A stretch of 63,822 nt of DNA, the filler included, from Octopus bimaculoides (taxonomy: Eukaryota): NCBI RefSeq assembly GCF_001194135.2. It is 5 parts of 5 records of this genome, joined end to end, with 100 filler letters (N's around TTAATTAATTAA, not from the genome) between each part and the next. Parts side by side here need not be neighbours in the genome. Positions count along the whole stretch, not along the records: positions 62,619 to 63,822 come from NC_068981.1; 4 more parts are not named here. The stretch is one strand, 5' to 3'. This document shows positions 63,430-63,822 of this stretch, piece after piece. Below the pieces are notes generated by a model. It was not told the DNA's origin. It worked only from the letters and a program-made list of their open reading frames with translations, and ran no database searches. The position numbers and the translations under genes were made by a program. Numbering within the stretch: the first letter of the stretch is position 1; each line of letters opens with the position of its first letter.

Positions 63430-63822
63430 CCTAGCAGAAATACCCGGCATTGCCCGGGTTAAAGAGAATAATGAATTCTAAAAACGCCGTCTAGACTACG
63501 CAACCCTCAACTGTTAGTAGCTACGATATCATATTTCTACTTTAATAACTCTCCAATCCATGCCAGCATGGAACATAGACACTAAGTGGAATGCCAGTCT
63601 CTCATCTGGGAAGGCCTTGAAATCAATGTTACCAAGTGGGGACTATGTGTGTCGCAGTGATAATAAAAAGACTCAAAGGAGGTCTGCAACGAAATAATTT
63701 TACTCACCACTTTGCAAATGAATCAGTGGAGGCAAAGATGCGTCTCATTTACTTGACAATTTATGCACCACATTGCAGAAATCACAATGTAAGTATATCT
63801 GAAAGGGTAGTCTTACACTGTT
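63430..63822 (+). mobile_element. Helitron/Helentron-type non-autonomous element terminus (continues beyond window)
   Basis: Begins in (TA)n with CCTAGCAGAAAT, followed by hairpin ACCCGG-CATTGC-CCGGGT (63442-63459). Confidence 0.5.

Overview
AT-rich, microsatellite-dense animal genomic DNA with many N gaps. The SINE/LINE repertoire suggests an octopus draft assembly (inference). No intact, recognisable host protein-coding gene is visible; nearly all ORFs in the track are microsatellite or N-gap translations. Identifiable content is mobile-element derived: a decayed Tx1/L1-type LINE (5196-6800, -), two Dong/R4-type 3' ends in (TAA)n, a CR1 3' end, a piggyBac transposase fragment, a Chapaev3-like DNA transposon remnant (16937-18700, -), an intact hAT MITE with TIRs and an 8-bp TSD, Helentron/Helitron-type non-autonomous elements, an RTE-derived bipartite element and dozens of copies of about five SINE families. 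Most interesting: (1) a minimal type I hammerhead ribozyme motif at 18849-18894 (-); (2) the Tx1 LINE 3' end matches one tail of the dominant SINE, and that tail is twice joined to another SINE head at the same nucleotide, suggesting a self-targeting SINE/Tx1 pair; (3) a CpG-depleted domain (~30.2-47.85 kb) that looks like a methylated gene body and contains candidate + strand micro-exons. All exon models are speculative and need transcript evidence.
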